A DNA stretch of 64,000 nt from positions 800,001 through 864,000 of the forward strand of contig CAWAUV010000008.1 of the NCBI GenBank assembly GCA_963785305.1, written 5' to 3'. Source of the DNA: an uncultured Planctomycetaceae bacterium (lineage in GTDB: Bacteria; Planctomycetota; Planctomycetia; Pirellulales; PALSA-1355). Below the pieces are notes generated by a model, which saw only the letters and a list, made by a program, of their open reading frames with translations, was not told the DNA's origin and did no database searches. The number at the start of each line of letters is the position of its first letter. Position 1 is the stretch's first letter. Of this stretch, positions 33,841 through 44,086 are shown piece by piece. Both the position numbers and the translations under genes were made by a program.

Positions 33841-35803
33841 TTAGCGCTTCTTGCCCGCGGCGGAACCCGGCGTTGGGGCTTGCGGCGGCGTATCGCCCGC
33901 TTGCGGCTCGCGCCACATCGAGCCGCGCCAGTCGAGCAGCATGCGCTTGCCGGGCGTGGGGACGATGTGGATCGCGATCTCGACCATTTGACCAGCGTGG
34001 GCGCCCAGCGGCATGATGATCGGGCGCATCTCGCCCTGGCTCCCTAACGGCGGCGTTTTTTCCACGCCCAGACTTCGCCCGGAGAGCGACGCCTCGAACG
34101 TCGAGCGGGCCGAATGACCGCGCGAGGCAAGCTCCGCGATCCAGAGCACCAGCGTGTCTCGCGGGGGGGCCACGCGGCGTTTGAGCGTGAAGGTCACCGG
34201 CGCCGACAGCTCGAGCACGCTACGGAATGCCGGCGCCGAGCGATTCGCTCCGTCCCAAAGATTCACCAGCCGCCAGTCGGCGCCCGCAGCTGGCGCCACG
34301 CTCCAGCCGGCAAGGCCCGTGGCGGCGGCGTCGCTCGCCTGGGCCACGTCGCGAGCCAGAGTCAAGGAGTCGAGCGTTGCAATCGGCTCGATCCAGTCGA
34401 CAACATCGCGGACATCAAGCGGATCGAATTCCGGCCCCGCGCCATGGGCCGGATCGGCGAGCAGCGTCAGGCGCGTTCCCGGCTTGGGGTCCAGCGAGAT
34501 CGGGCCGATTCGAGTCGCGGCTCGCTGGCCCACGAGCAGTTCGCTTTGAAACACCTGCTTGCCGTCGACGAGCACCCGGGCGATCGCCGCCCCGCCCGAG
34601 CCCGCCGCGCCATCGAGCGCCACGCTGCCCCGAAAGCCGGTCGCGCATTCCGGCAAATCAAACTGGAGCTCATGCCCGGCCCGCACTCCCAAACCCCACG
34701 GCCAGCGCTCGCCAAGCACCGAGAGCGGATTGCCATCGGCGTTGCGGTCGTGGTGATAGGTCGTCCAGCCGGCCGTAAACGCGCCGAAGTGCCGATTCGT
34801 CACTGGCCGCAGCCGGCTGAGCGGCAACTCCTCGGGCGAGAAGAACATGCGACACGCGATGGTCCTCGCCGGCAATCCGAGCGGTTCGAGCACCAGGCCG
34901 GCTGCACGACATGGAGCCAGCGCGGCGCCCGATCGGGCTTGCCACCCCGCTTGGCCGCCCGTCGGCTGGCGATCGGGTCTTCTTGCGGGCGAAGTCGCTC
35001 GAGCGAGGTGGTGAGCCGCAGGCCATCAATGCTTTCGACCCGCATCAGCCGCGAATCGAGCGCGGGAGTGAGCGTGGCCAGTTCGCGGAAAAACATGTCA
35101 CGGTCGTCGGCGCTGTCGAGGCATAAATCTTCGATCTCGTCGAACGCGGCCCGCACAATGCCGTTTTCGGTAAGCAGCTCAAGGCCATCGGCCTTCCAGC
35201 GGGCCACGCGAAATGAAACGCGGCGACCATCGGTGTGGCGCAGCGTGTTTTTTTCGACCGGTTTCTTACTGCCCGCGCCCGGACGACACGGCGCACGCGA
35301 TCGAGCGCCACCGGCAAGCGAGTGCGGCCCACGACGCCGGGCAGGTCGAAGTTGCTGGACGTTTCGATCAGTAGCCGCGGTGGGCCAAGGCCGGCCGAGG
35401 GCTGTTGGCTATCGAGAAATCCCACCACGCGGCCGGGCAAACGATCGCCGCCAACGAACTCGATAAAGCTTTCCGCGGCGCCGGTCGGCAGTCGCGTGTC
35501 GAGGACCATGCGGACCGGATTGCGGGCATCGAACAGCCTTTGTCCCGATGCGCTAGGATTGCCCTCGGGCCGGTCCCAATCGAGGATTTCCTCGGCGCGG
35601 GTGCGGGCGCCGTCTGCCCAGGCGATGCTATATCGTTCGCCGGAGCCGGGTTCGGAGTACCGCTCGGGCTCGCGACCGGTAGAGCTCCGCGAGAGGCCTA
35701 GCAGGACCAACGGCAGGGCGAAAATCGCGAAGATCACTCGGAGCGTGGGCAGCCGGGCTGGGGGGGCGAGCAGCGTCGGCAGCGAGCGCTCGGAAAGTCT
35801 CAT
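33841..35803 (-). CDS. Exported protein with NPCBM/NEW2-like domain (multiple frameshifts)
   Basis: Continuous coding across ORFs 35045..35830, 34800..35207 and 33841..34893. WGLGVRAGHELQFDL...FRGSVALD...VLVDGKQVF...LTLLAD resembles NPCBM. Confidence 0.6.
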
Positions 35804-36393
35804 GCTTAAGAACCGCCGATCAAGGCCCATAAGAGAAAACTTCGATAAGCGGCGCCGGCGCGAACTCCGCGAGAGATATCGCGGTCGATTCTACTCCGCG
35901 AAATCGGCCGATGGTATTCGCGGCCGGGCTGTTATTGCCCGGCGCGGACCGCGTAACTATACTCTAATTAAGTTAACTGTCGGAGAGGCCTTGCGATGCG
36001 ACGACGTTTCCTGCGATTTGCGCTGACGCGAACGATTCAGGAGATTCGCCGTTTCGCCAATCGCTTGGGCCTTGGCCCGCGTGGCCCCCTGGCGCCGGCC
36101 TGGATTCGCCCCTCGGATGCGATCCGGTCATTGGGCTCGAATCCGTCAATCGGTTCGGCCCCACTCGGCGGCCGTCGACCGCTCTTCGATGGCGGTCGTT
36201 TCAAGGGCGACGACATCGCCCGACGCAAATCACGGCGAAATGGCCGGGTCGCGGCCCTCTTCGAGGGCTTATGGTTGATTCTCTCGGCACTGTTTTTCGG
36301 GGCTCTCGGCGGGGGAGAGCCTTCTCGCGGCGCACGGATTCGAGTCGCATTCGCACGGTTCAATTTTTTGAAGAAGCGTTGGAGGTAAGCGCG

Positions 36394-38170
36394 ATGGAAC
36401 GTTGTCGGCGTCGGCTGGTGGTGTTGGCGTTGAACTTCGCGGCAATCACGCTGAGCGCCGCGGCGCTCGCGTGGCAGCCGTTTCCTAGCTGGGCCGACGA
36501 GCCGACCCAACCCTCCGCGCCGCCCGCGGCGGAGTCAAAAGACAAGGCGCCCGACGCCGACACGAAAGACAAGTCGCCCTCTGGCCCTTCGGAGCCAGCG
36601 GATAAAGCCGCGACTGAAAAGATCAACGACGAATCGACTCGCAAGCCGGGCGCGGCGACCGACGACGATTACGATCTCTACCAGTCGTTTGCCGACACGA
36701 TCGATCAGGTCGAGCGCAACTATGTGAAGAAGGTCGATCGGCGTCAGCTCATGGAAGCCGCCATCCACGGAGTGCTCAGCAAGCTCGATCCGTATTCGAA
36801 CTATATCGGCCGCGAGGACCTCTCCCGATTCAAGAGCAGCGTCGAGAATCAGTTCGGCGGCATCGGCATTCAGATCGCCATCGAACACGATCAACTCAAG
36901 ATTTTGAGCCCGATCTACGGCTCGCCCGCCTATCGGGCCGGCCTCGAATCGGGAGATCATATCACCGAGATCGAAGGTCAATCGACCGAGGGACTCTCGA
37001 TCGACGAGGCCATCCGGCGACTTGAAAGGCGAGGCCGGCACCAGCGTGACCTTCACCGTGGCGCATCCGGGCCACAAGAACAAGGAAGTGGTCACGATCA
37101 AGCGCGAGATCATTCATGTCGACACCGTGCTCGGCGATGTGCGCAAGCCCGACGATCGCTGGGACTTCATGCTCGACCACGAGAAACACATTGGCTACAT
37201 CCGCATCTCGGGCTTCAGCCGCGACACGGCCCATGACCTGAAAGCCGCGCTCGACGAGCTCAAGTCGCAGGGCCTCGCCGGCCTGGTTATCGACTTGCGT
37301 TTCAATCCTGGCGGCTTGCTCACGAGCGCCATCGAGATCAGCGACATGTTTATTTCCGAAGGCCGCATCGTGAGCACCAAGGGCCGCAACACGCCCGAGC
37401 GCACTTGGGAAGCCACCCGCGAGGGCACCTACGAAGGCTTTCCGGTGGCAATCCTCGTGAATCACTATAGCGCGAGCGCCAGCGAGATTTTTTCGGCCTG
37501 CATGCAAGATCATCATCGGGCCGTGGTTATCGGCGAGCGCACCTGGGGCAAGGGCAGTGTGCAGAATGTGATCGACCTCGAAAACGGCAAGAGCGCCTTG
37601 AAACTGACCACGGCGAGCTACTGGCGCCCGAGCGGCAAAAACATCCACCGCTTTCCCGACGCCAAGGAGAGCGACGAATGGGGCGTGATGCCCGACAAGG
37701 GTTATGAATGCCGGCTGAGCGATGACCACGAGCTGGCCTCGCTGATGCGCTACCGTCGCGAGCGCGACATCTTGCACTCGCACAAACCGCCGTTGGCCGT
37801 GGCCACCGCCGACGGGCAAGCCCCCGAATCCGACAAGCCAACCCCCGACGCAAACAGGCCAGAACCCAACAGGCCAGAACCCAACAGGCCAGAACCCAAC
37901 AAGCCAGAACCCAACAAGCCAGACGCCGAAAAAGCCGCCACGGAAAAGACCGACGGCACGACCACCGGCGACAAGCCCCTCGGCGAGAAACCGGAGGGTG
38001 ATAAAGCGGCTGGCGAGAAGCCGGCGATCGAAGCGACGGCCCAGGTAAAGCCCGCCGGCGCCAAGGCGGAGCATCCTTTCGTCGACCGCCAACTTCAAAA
38101 AGCGCTCGACTATCTCTCGAAGGAAATGGCCCATGCCACTCCCGTGGCGGCCGAATCCAAGCCGCAGTGA
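36394..38170 (+). CDS. ctpA: S41 family C-terminal processing peptidase with PDZ domain (frameshift near 37020)
   Basis: LDPYS, FGGIGI, SPAYRAGL, IGYIRI, DLRFNPGG, SASASEI, GERTWGKGSVQ, DRQLQKALDYL. Confidence 0.9.
37853..37927 (+). repeat. In-frame 15-bp tandem repeat, 5 copies (N[R/K]PEP)
   Basis: AACAGGCCAGAACCC x3, AACAAGCCAGAACCC, AACAAGCCAGACGCC. Confidence 0.95.
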
Positions 38171-38483
38171 CCGGTCGCGCGTTCATAACGCCGGCGAATC
38201 AGTCTTCGCTCGGCTCACGACGTTTCGCGGGCCGTCGGATACAGGCTCCCCCCGGCCCGACGTCCCTTGGGCAACGAAAAGCCCTACCGCAAATGCAATG
38301 AACGTGGCAGCGCGCATCGTCTAGCGGCGGGACCGGTAGTTGTTTATCGGCAATGACTTCCACGTTTAGGCATGCCGCCCAAATTCAATCGCGCAAGGGC
38401 GGACACGCCGTTTTTTACGAGCCAGAGCGATCGCGGCGGCGTGTTTCGAGGTCCGTCGCCGCGATCGCGCGTCGGCGCGATTT

Positions 38484-40226
38484 TTAACGCTCCGCGAACG
38501 GGTCGGCGTTCATCGCGCCTCGTTCCCCGCGGGCCACGTCGCCCGGCGCGGCGGCGCGGACGAGCGGTAGGTTCGTTCGGGCCGGGGGTCCGCAAACTTG
38601 CACGAACCCACCCCAGCCGTGGCCGCCCCGCATGATCCGTTCGGCGGTGGGCGGCGCGACGAGCGTCTGGAGAAACGTGACCAGCGACTTCTGCTTGCCC
38701 GGCGTGAGCTTCGCGAACATCTCGGCCGATCGCAGCCCTTGGCCGCCATGCGCCGCGATCGCTTCCTCGAGCGTGGCGGCGCGGCCATCGTGCAGATAGG
38801 GCGCACTGCTCGCGACTCCCCAAAGCGGCGGAGTGCGCCACTCGCGGTCATCGACCGGCAATGCCGCGAAATCCACAAAGCGCGGAGGCGGAGCGGCTTG
38901 CTTCTCGGCCGCGCGCCGCGGCGCCTCGGTGGAAATAAAAGCGCCATAGCGGCCCGCGCTCAACTCCGACCCCATATCATGGAGCAAGAGATCGCTATAA
39001 ATTCCAACCACGTCGCCCACGGTTTCTCGGTGACATTCCGCGCAGCCGATCTTGACGAAGAATGCCTGCCCGGCCCGCGCGGCTTGAGCCGCCTTCACAT
39101 TCGCCGGAGCCTGCGCGACCGGTCGGGGCAAATTGGCGACGAACGCCACGAGCGACACGCAATCCAAGGTGTCCATGTCATAGCCCGGCGAGTGATAGTT
39201 CGGCTTCCGCGGATCACCGGCTTGCGGATGCTCCGGCAAGTCGAGCCCGATCTCGACGGCGCATGCCGTGAGCGTGAAGTCGGCGAGCCGGGCCTGCTGC
39301 GCGTGCCAGCCGAAGCGGCCGATGCGATTGCCCTCCAGACGCGAGACGATCCCGGCTGTCTTGGGCGTATTGCGACTCTCCTCCAGCGCGACCGCTTCGA
39401 TTGCCTCATCGGAAATGCGATCGATCTGGCCCAGGCCAAAGAGCGGCGTCGTATTTCGCTCCGAAAGCTTGAGACCGGTCGAGACAATCTGATTGTCCGG
39501 CGCCGGCGGATGGGCTGCGGCGCGGCGCCGGCGGACATTCGCCCTCGACGCCGACTCCTTCACCGGTTCATCGATCCGGAAGTCCGAGGGCTCGAAGGCG
39601 CCGCCGTTTTGATAAGCGGCGACAATTTTGGCCTGGAGCGCCATGCCGCGCTCGATCTGCACTTCCGCGGGCGCGGACTGCGCGTCCTCGGCCAATTGCG
39701 TGAAAGCGGCGACAAACGATTGCCGCGAAGGTTCATTGACCGGAGCAAGCAGGGGATCGACGTCCTGGTGTTTGCGCGATTTTGCAACGAGCGAAAGCCG
39801 CGAGCCGCGCCACGGAGAGTAATCGGGACTCGTGCCCGAGAGATGCAACACCACGCGGCGCTCGGTGGCCAGCCCGGGATGCGTGCCCCGCAGCTTTGCC
39901 ATTTCCCAGCGACCCGTCGGCGCGATCACATCGACATTGGCTTCGAGCGATCCGCCGCCGCCGACTCCCCCCTGGTCATGGCAGGCGACGCAGGAGCGTG
40001 CATTGAACACCGGTCCCAGGCCATCGCCACCGTGCGAGCGGGCATCGCCCGCTTGCCATTCGTGAAGAAACAACCCGTGCCCGAGCTTGAGTAACTCGGG
40101 CGCCGGCGGGTCTTCGGCCTGGGCCAAGGACGAGGAACCCGCCACGATCCAAGACGCCGCACACAACACCGCGCCGCCGGAAGCTATCCGCGCGGCACTC
40201 CACCGCAACGCAAGAAGCGCGCTCAT
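38484..40226 (-). CDS. Di-haem oxidoreductase family protein (DUF1111/DHOR-like)
   Basis: GDGLGPVFNARSCVACH, PLFGLG, GRFGW, GCAECH, YSDLLLHDMG, WRTPPLWG...YLHDGRA. Confidence 0.88.
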   Translation of the reverse strand: MSALLALRWSAARIASGGAVLCAASWIVAGSSSLAQAEDPPAPELLKLGHGLFLHEWQAGDARSHGGDGLGPVFNARSCVACHDQGGVGGGGSLEANVDVIAPTGRWEMAKLRGTHPGLATERRVVLHLSGTSPDYSPWRGSRLSLVAKSRKHQDVDPLLAPVNEPSRQSFVAAFTQLAEDAQSAPAEVQIERGMALQAKIVAAYQNGGAFEPSDFRIDEPVKESASRANVRRRRAAAHPPAPDNQIVSTGLKLSERNTTPLFGLGQIDRISDEAIEAVALEESRNTPKTAGIVSRLEGNRIGRFGWHAQQARLADFTLTACAVEIGLDLPEHPQAGDPRKPNYHSPGYDMDTLDCVSLVAFVANLPRPVAQAPANVKAAQAARAGQAFFVKIGCAECHRETVGDVVGIYSDLLLHDMGSELSAGRYGAFISTEAPRRAAEKQAAPPPRFVDFAALPVDDREWRTPPLWGVASSAPYLHDGRAATLEEAIAAHGGQGLRSAEMFAKLTPGKQKSLVTFLQTLVAPPTAERIMRGGHGWGGFVQVCGPPARTNLPLVRAAAPGDVARGERGAMNADPFAER

Positions 40227-40418
40227 GAGAATCCCCCTTCTGCCGTTCCGAGGGCAGAATAAAAGAAATGGAGAGACGTGAAGGCGCGTTGCCAGCGCGC
40301 CACCCGGCATTGTATCGCGCGCCAGAAGGGCCGCAACTTTTTTCCAGGAGAATTACAATCCGCCGCTCGACGCTGGCAATGCTCTAGCAAGCGTGGGCAT
40401 TGCGCCCCGGCGCGACGC

Positions 40419-41159
40419 TCACCGGGTTTGCATTCCGCCGCTTGCGCCCTGGTAGGTCGGCGCGTAGGGACTCGGCTCGCCCGCGGCCGGCGCATCGGGC
40501 GAGCCTGGCTGCAACATGCCTGGCTGCATCATTCCGGGTTGGCCCATGCCGGGTTGCGGCGCCGGCGCGGGGCGTCGCCCGAAGATCCATCGCCGCTCGC
40601 TCACCGGTGGTCGCGCCATGGCCGATGTCGCGCTATAGCGCGACGCGGAATATTCCACCCAACGATCGCCCGACCAATAGAGCCATTGCCCGCTGGGCTG
40701 AAAATGCCACCACCGCCCGTCGCTCCAGCGGTAGCGCCAGGCTTCGGCGTTGGACGATATTTGCGGCTGGCTCTCGCGCGGGGGCAGCGGGGCGGGCATC
40801 ACCATGGTCGTCGGCTCGGTCCTGACCACGCCGGGCGCCTCCATCACCGGCGCCACCGGCTCGGCCGCCGCGCCATGGACCGGCGGCCAACTCGAGCCCG
40901 AGCCCATGCGCGGCGCGTACTGAGGCGTCGGCGAGATCGGATAGGAATACGCCGGCGACTCGGCGGGGCCGTTTGAACTGGGCGATGTCGTGTTGGCGTC
41001 GCCCGAGGGCCGAGAGCCGCTGGGAATCGGTAGCGTGAACGAGGGTCCGATGAAGTCGCCGGGCTCGGCGTTCGATGGTCGCGGCTGGGCCAGCGCCGCG
41101 GTCGAGATTGCAAACCCCGCCACCCAGCCCGCAAGCATCGGAGCGCCGCGCATTGCCAT
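40419..41159 (-). CDS. Hypothetical Pro-rich exported protein
   Basis: Signal peptide, Trp-rich motif WRYRWSDGRWWHFQPSGQWLYW, QPGM repeats. Confidence 0.65.
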   Translation of the reverse strand: MAMRGAPMLAGWVAGFAISTAALAQPRPSNAEPGDFIGPSFTLPIPSGSRPSGDANTTSPSSNGPAESPAYSYPISPTPQYAPRMGSGSSWPPVHGAAAEPVAPVMEAPGVVRTEPTTMVMPAPLPPRESQPQISSNAEAWRYRWSDGRWWHFQPSGQWLYWSGDRWVEYSASRYSATSAMARPPVSERRWIFGRRPAPAPQPGMGQPGMMQPGMLQPGSPDAPAAGEPSPYAPTYQGASGGMQTR

Positions 41160-41295
41160 CACTCCCTGTTGAAAAACCGATAGCGCCAGCAACGGCATTT
41201 ACCGCCCAAGCTCGCGCCGTCGACGCTCGCGCCGTCCGCGCCACGGGACCGCGCCCATTCGCCTCCCACATTCGTCGGCCGAACGGTGGGGCGCG

Positions 41296-42045
41296 CTACA
41301 GCAGACTTTCGAGCAAGAGACGCATCTTGCGCATTTCGCCGCTGTGATCCACGTCGTCCATTTCGGTGATGTTCACCGACAGCGCGCGATTGTAATGCAC
41401 CTTGGCAAGCTGCGAGATCAGCCGGCCATATTCGACCAGTCCCTGGCCAACGCGCACCTGGAGCTTGTCGCGGCTGGTGTCGCGCAGATGGGTGTGATAC
41501 ACATGCTTCATCAGATGGTCGTACGACCCGTTGGCGTGCGGGCCATAGATATAGTGGCTCGGATCGAGCGTGAGACCGAGGCCCTTCACATTGTCGCAAA
41601 GCACGACGGCCGTGTCCGGGTCTTGGGTGATGCGGCCGGTTTCGGTCTTGATCGCCACGAGCACGCCCTCTTGTCCCGCAATGCCGACCAGCTTGCGGAG
41701 CCGCTCGATTTCGGCGTTGAAGGGGGTGCCCAGTTCCGCGGCCGGCACTACCATCGCCACCACTTTCGTGGCTTTGGCTAGCTTGCAACAGGCGGCGAAC
41801 TGCTTGTAATACAACTCCTCGGGCGCATCGATCTCGACACTGTAGGCCGCGATCGTGAGCCGCGACGTTTCGCGGCAGCGCGCCACCGACTTTTCCAAAT
41901 CGGCGAGCACTTGCGACGGCTTGAGCTGGACGCCGCTTTCGTGCAACGCGATCTCGACACTGGTGTATTCCAAATCCACCAGCCGCTGATACACGCTCTC
42001 CAACGACAACCGCGGAAAACATTCGCTCGATGCAGCGACAAACAC
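41296..42045 (-). CDS. Sugar phosphate isomerase/epimerase (TIM-barrel, AP endonuclease 2-like)
   Basis: GLTLDPSH, HTHLRD, VGQGLVEY; GTG start after AGGAG. Confidence 0.82.
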   Translation of the reverse strand: MFVAASSECFPRLSLESVYQRLVDLEYTSVEIALHESGVQLKPSQVLADLEKSVARCRETSRLTIAAYSVEIDAPEELYYKQFAACCKLAKATKVVAMVVPAAELGTPFNAEIERLRKLVGIAGQEGVLVAIKTETGRITQDPDTAVVLCDNVKGLGLTLDPSHYIYGPHANGSYDHLMKHVYHTHLRDTSRDKLQVRVGQGLVEYGRLISQLAKVHYNRALSVNITEMDDVDHSGEMRKMRLLLESLL

Positions 42046-42469
42046 GGAGGCGACTCCTTCACGCTACGCTTCAGCCGAATTCGCGAAACACGGGGTTTCC
42101 AGACGCGTCTGCGAGCGCCCCGTGAACAACAACTGGCCCAGTGCGAACGGGACCGATAGCGACCCCGTCGGCGCCGGTGGCTGAAGACAATCCCTTGCAA
42201 ACCAGGTCCATTCTCGCGCCTCGTAGCTTAACACTCAGGCCCGGTGTTCGAAAGATGAAACTTGCGTCGGCTGTCATGCGCCATTAGAAATGTCCCCATC
42301 GGATGGGGCGCCAGGGCAAAATTACCGGTTTCAAAGCCGGCGCCAGCTTGCTGGAACCGCGGCCACAACCGCTCGCATGGCGAGAACTGATTTTCGGTTC
42401 CGGGGCCGCCTCCGCGAGTGTCGAGCTGTTTAGTGCAACGCCCGCGGCGTGGGCCTTTCCTTGTCGACG

Positions 42470-43720
42470 CTACCGCCGCGCGCGAAGACTACTCGGCGAA
42501 GCGAAAGGGATCGTGGCCAATTTCATAGCCCGGCCGGAGGCGCCACATTCACGAGCAGCCCCAGGCACGCGCCATTGGCCACGAGGCTCGATCCGCCATA
42601 GCTCACCAGCGGCAGGGCGAGCCCGGTGATCGGGGCGAGGCCGACCATCATGCCGATGTTGATCGTCGCCTGCACCGCCATGAGCGCGCATATTCCGGTG
42701 GCCAACAGTCGCCCAAATGGCTCGCGCGTCGCTTGGGCGATGCGCAGCCCGCGCCACACCAGCACTCCAAACAGCCCCAAGAGTCGCCGCCAGCCCCGCC
42801 AGTCCTAGCCGCTCGACCACCACGCTCGCAATGGAATCGGTCCGCGCCTCGGGCACGAAATACGCCGAGCGATCGGCGATCGGTTCGCCATCGACGAGGC
42901 TTCCTCTCCAGCCGCCCAGGGCCATCATTTGCTTGGCTTGATGCAAGTGATAGCCATCGTCGGTCGGCGCTTCGCCGCCGCCTGTCTGCTCGACCAGGGC
43001 CGTGATGCGCGAACGCTGCTCGCGACTCATTTGCGACCAGACCACCGGCGTCGTCAGCAGCGCCGCGAGAACCAAGAGCGTCAAATGCCGCATGCGCGCC
43101 CCGGCCACATAGAGCATCACGAACAGCACCGGCGGAAACAGGAGCGCCGTGCCCAAGTCAGGTTCCTTCAGCACCAAGAGCAGCGGCACGAACATGAGCC
43201 CCAGGGGAATCGCGAGCCCGGCCAAGCGGCGATAGCTATCGCGATACACCAGATACCTCGCCAGCGCGAGCACAAACGCCGGCTTGGCGAATTCCGAAGG
43301 TTGCAGCCCCACGGGCCCAAACCGCAGCCAGCGTTGGGCGCCATTGATCGGCGGAAACACATACACCGCCGCCAGCAACACGAGCGAGCTCGCGAAAGCC
43401 GCGTAGCTAAAACGCGCCAGCCGGCGATAATTGGGCGCCGCCGCGAGCACCATCGCCAGGAATGCCGCCGCCGACCAGATCGTCTGCCGAGCCAGATACC
43501 GGCCCGACGCGCCGGCGAGCTCTTCGCTCCGTCCGATCGCCAACCAGCCGAGCAGCACCAGCGCCGCGGCCGCCGCAAGGAGCGCCCAAGGCGCGCGAGA
43601 CCAAGATGCCTCGGTCCTTTGGGTCCACGGCGCTCGCAGGACGCCGGCGAGCCGCTCGGCAAAACGGGCCCGCCCAGCGAGTCGCGGGGCTGACGATCGG
43701 GCAAAGCGGTGGCTGGCCAT
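42470..43720 (-). CDS. rodA: SEDS family peptidoglycan glycosyltransferase (RodA/FtsW-like), frameshift near 42780
   Basis: GAQRWL, QPSEFAK, EPDLGT, GYHLHQAK...GG, PEARTD. In the second frame: NIGM...PITGLALPLVSYGGSSL. Confidence 0.8.
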   Translation of the reverse strand: MASHRFARSSAPRLAGRARFAERLAGVLRAPWTQRTEASWSRAPWALLAAAAALVLLGWLAIGRSEELAGASGRYLARQTIWSAAAFLAMVLAAAPNYRRLARFSYAAFASSLVLLAAVYVFPPINGAQRWLRFGPVGLQPSEFAKPAFVLALARYLVYRDSYRRLAGLAIPLGLMFVPLLLVLKEPDLGTALLFPPVLFVMLYVAGARMRHLTLLVLAALLTTPVVWSQMSREQRSRITALVEQTGGGEAPTDDGYHLHQAKQMMALGGWRGSLVDGEPIADRSAYFVPEARTDSIASVVVERLGLAGLAATLGAVWSAGVARAAHRPSDARAIWATVGHRNMRAHGGAGDDQHRHDGRPRPDHRARPAAGELWRIEPRGQWRVPGAARECGASGRAMKLATIPFASPSSLRARR

Positions 43721-44012
43721 GGTGACGGATTGTAGGGCGCCGCCCTAAAATAAGGCCACGCCAGTCCGCCGCCGCTGGCATCGCCGGTAGCGCCTCGGCC
43801 GAGCCCCCAGCCGACCTCGGCCGCCGATTTCCCCAATCAGCCGCCTGAAAAACCGCGCGGCGTGTTAGTTTAGAGAAGGACTTCCCGCGGCACGATGATT
43901 TGTTAAAATCATTGTCCGCCCCGCGGTCGGGAGAAAACCCACACGCGAACCGGCCGAGTCCGCCGCCGGTCTTGAATGTGTGATGCAATAACGATCGCGG
44001 GCCAAAATCCGC

Positions 44013-44086
44013 GGGCGACTAGCTCAGTTGGTTAGAGCACCATCCTCACACGGTGGAAGTCACAGGTTCGAGTCCTGTGTCGCCCA
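44013..44086 (+). tRNA. tRNA-Val (anticodon CAC); CCA end not encoded
   Basis: Acceptor stem GGGCGAC/GTCGCCC, D-arm GCTC/GAGC, anticodon arm CCATC-CTCACAC-GGTGG, T-arm ACAGG-TTCGAGT-CCTGT. Confidence 0.97.
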
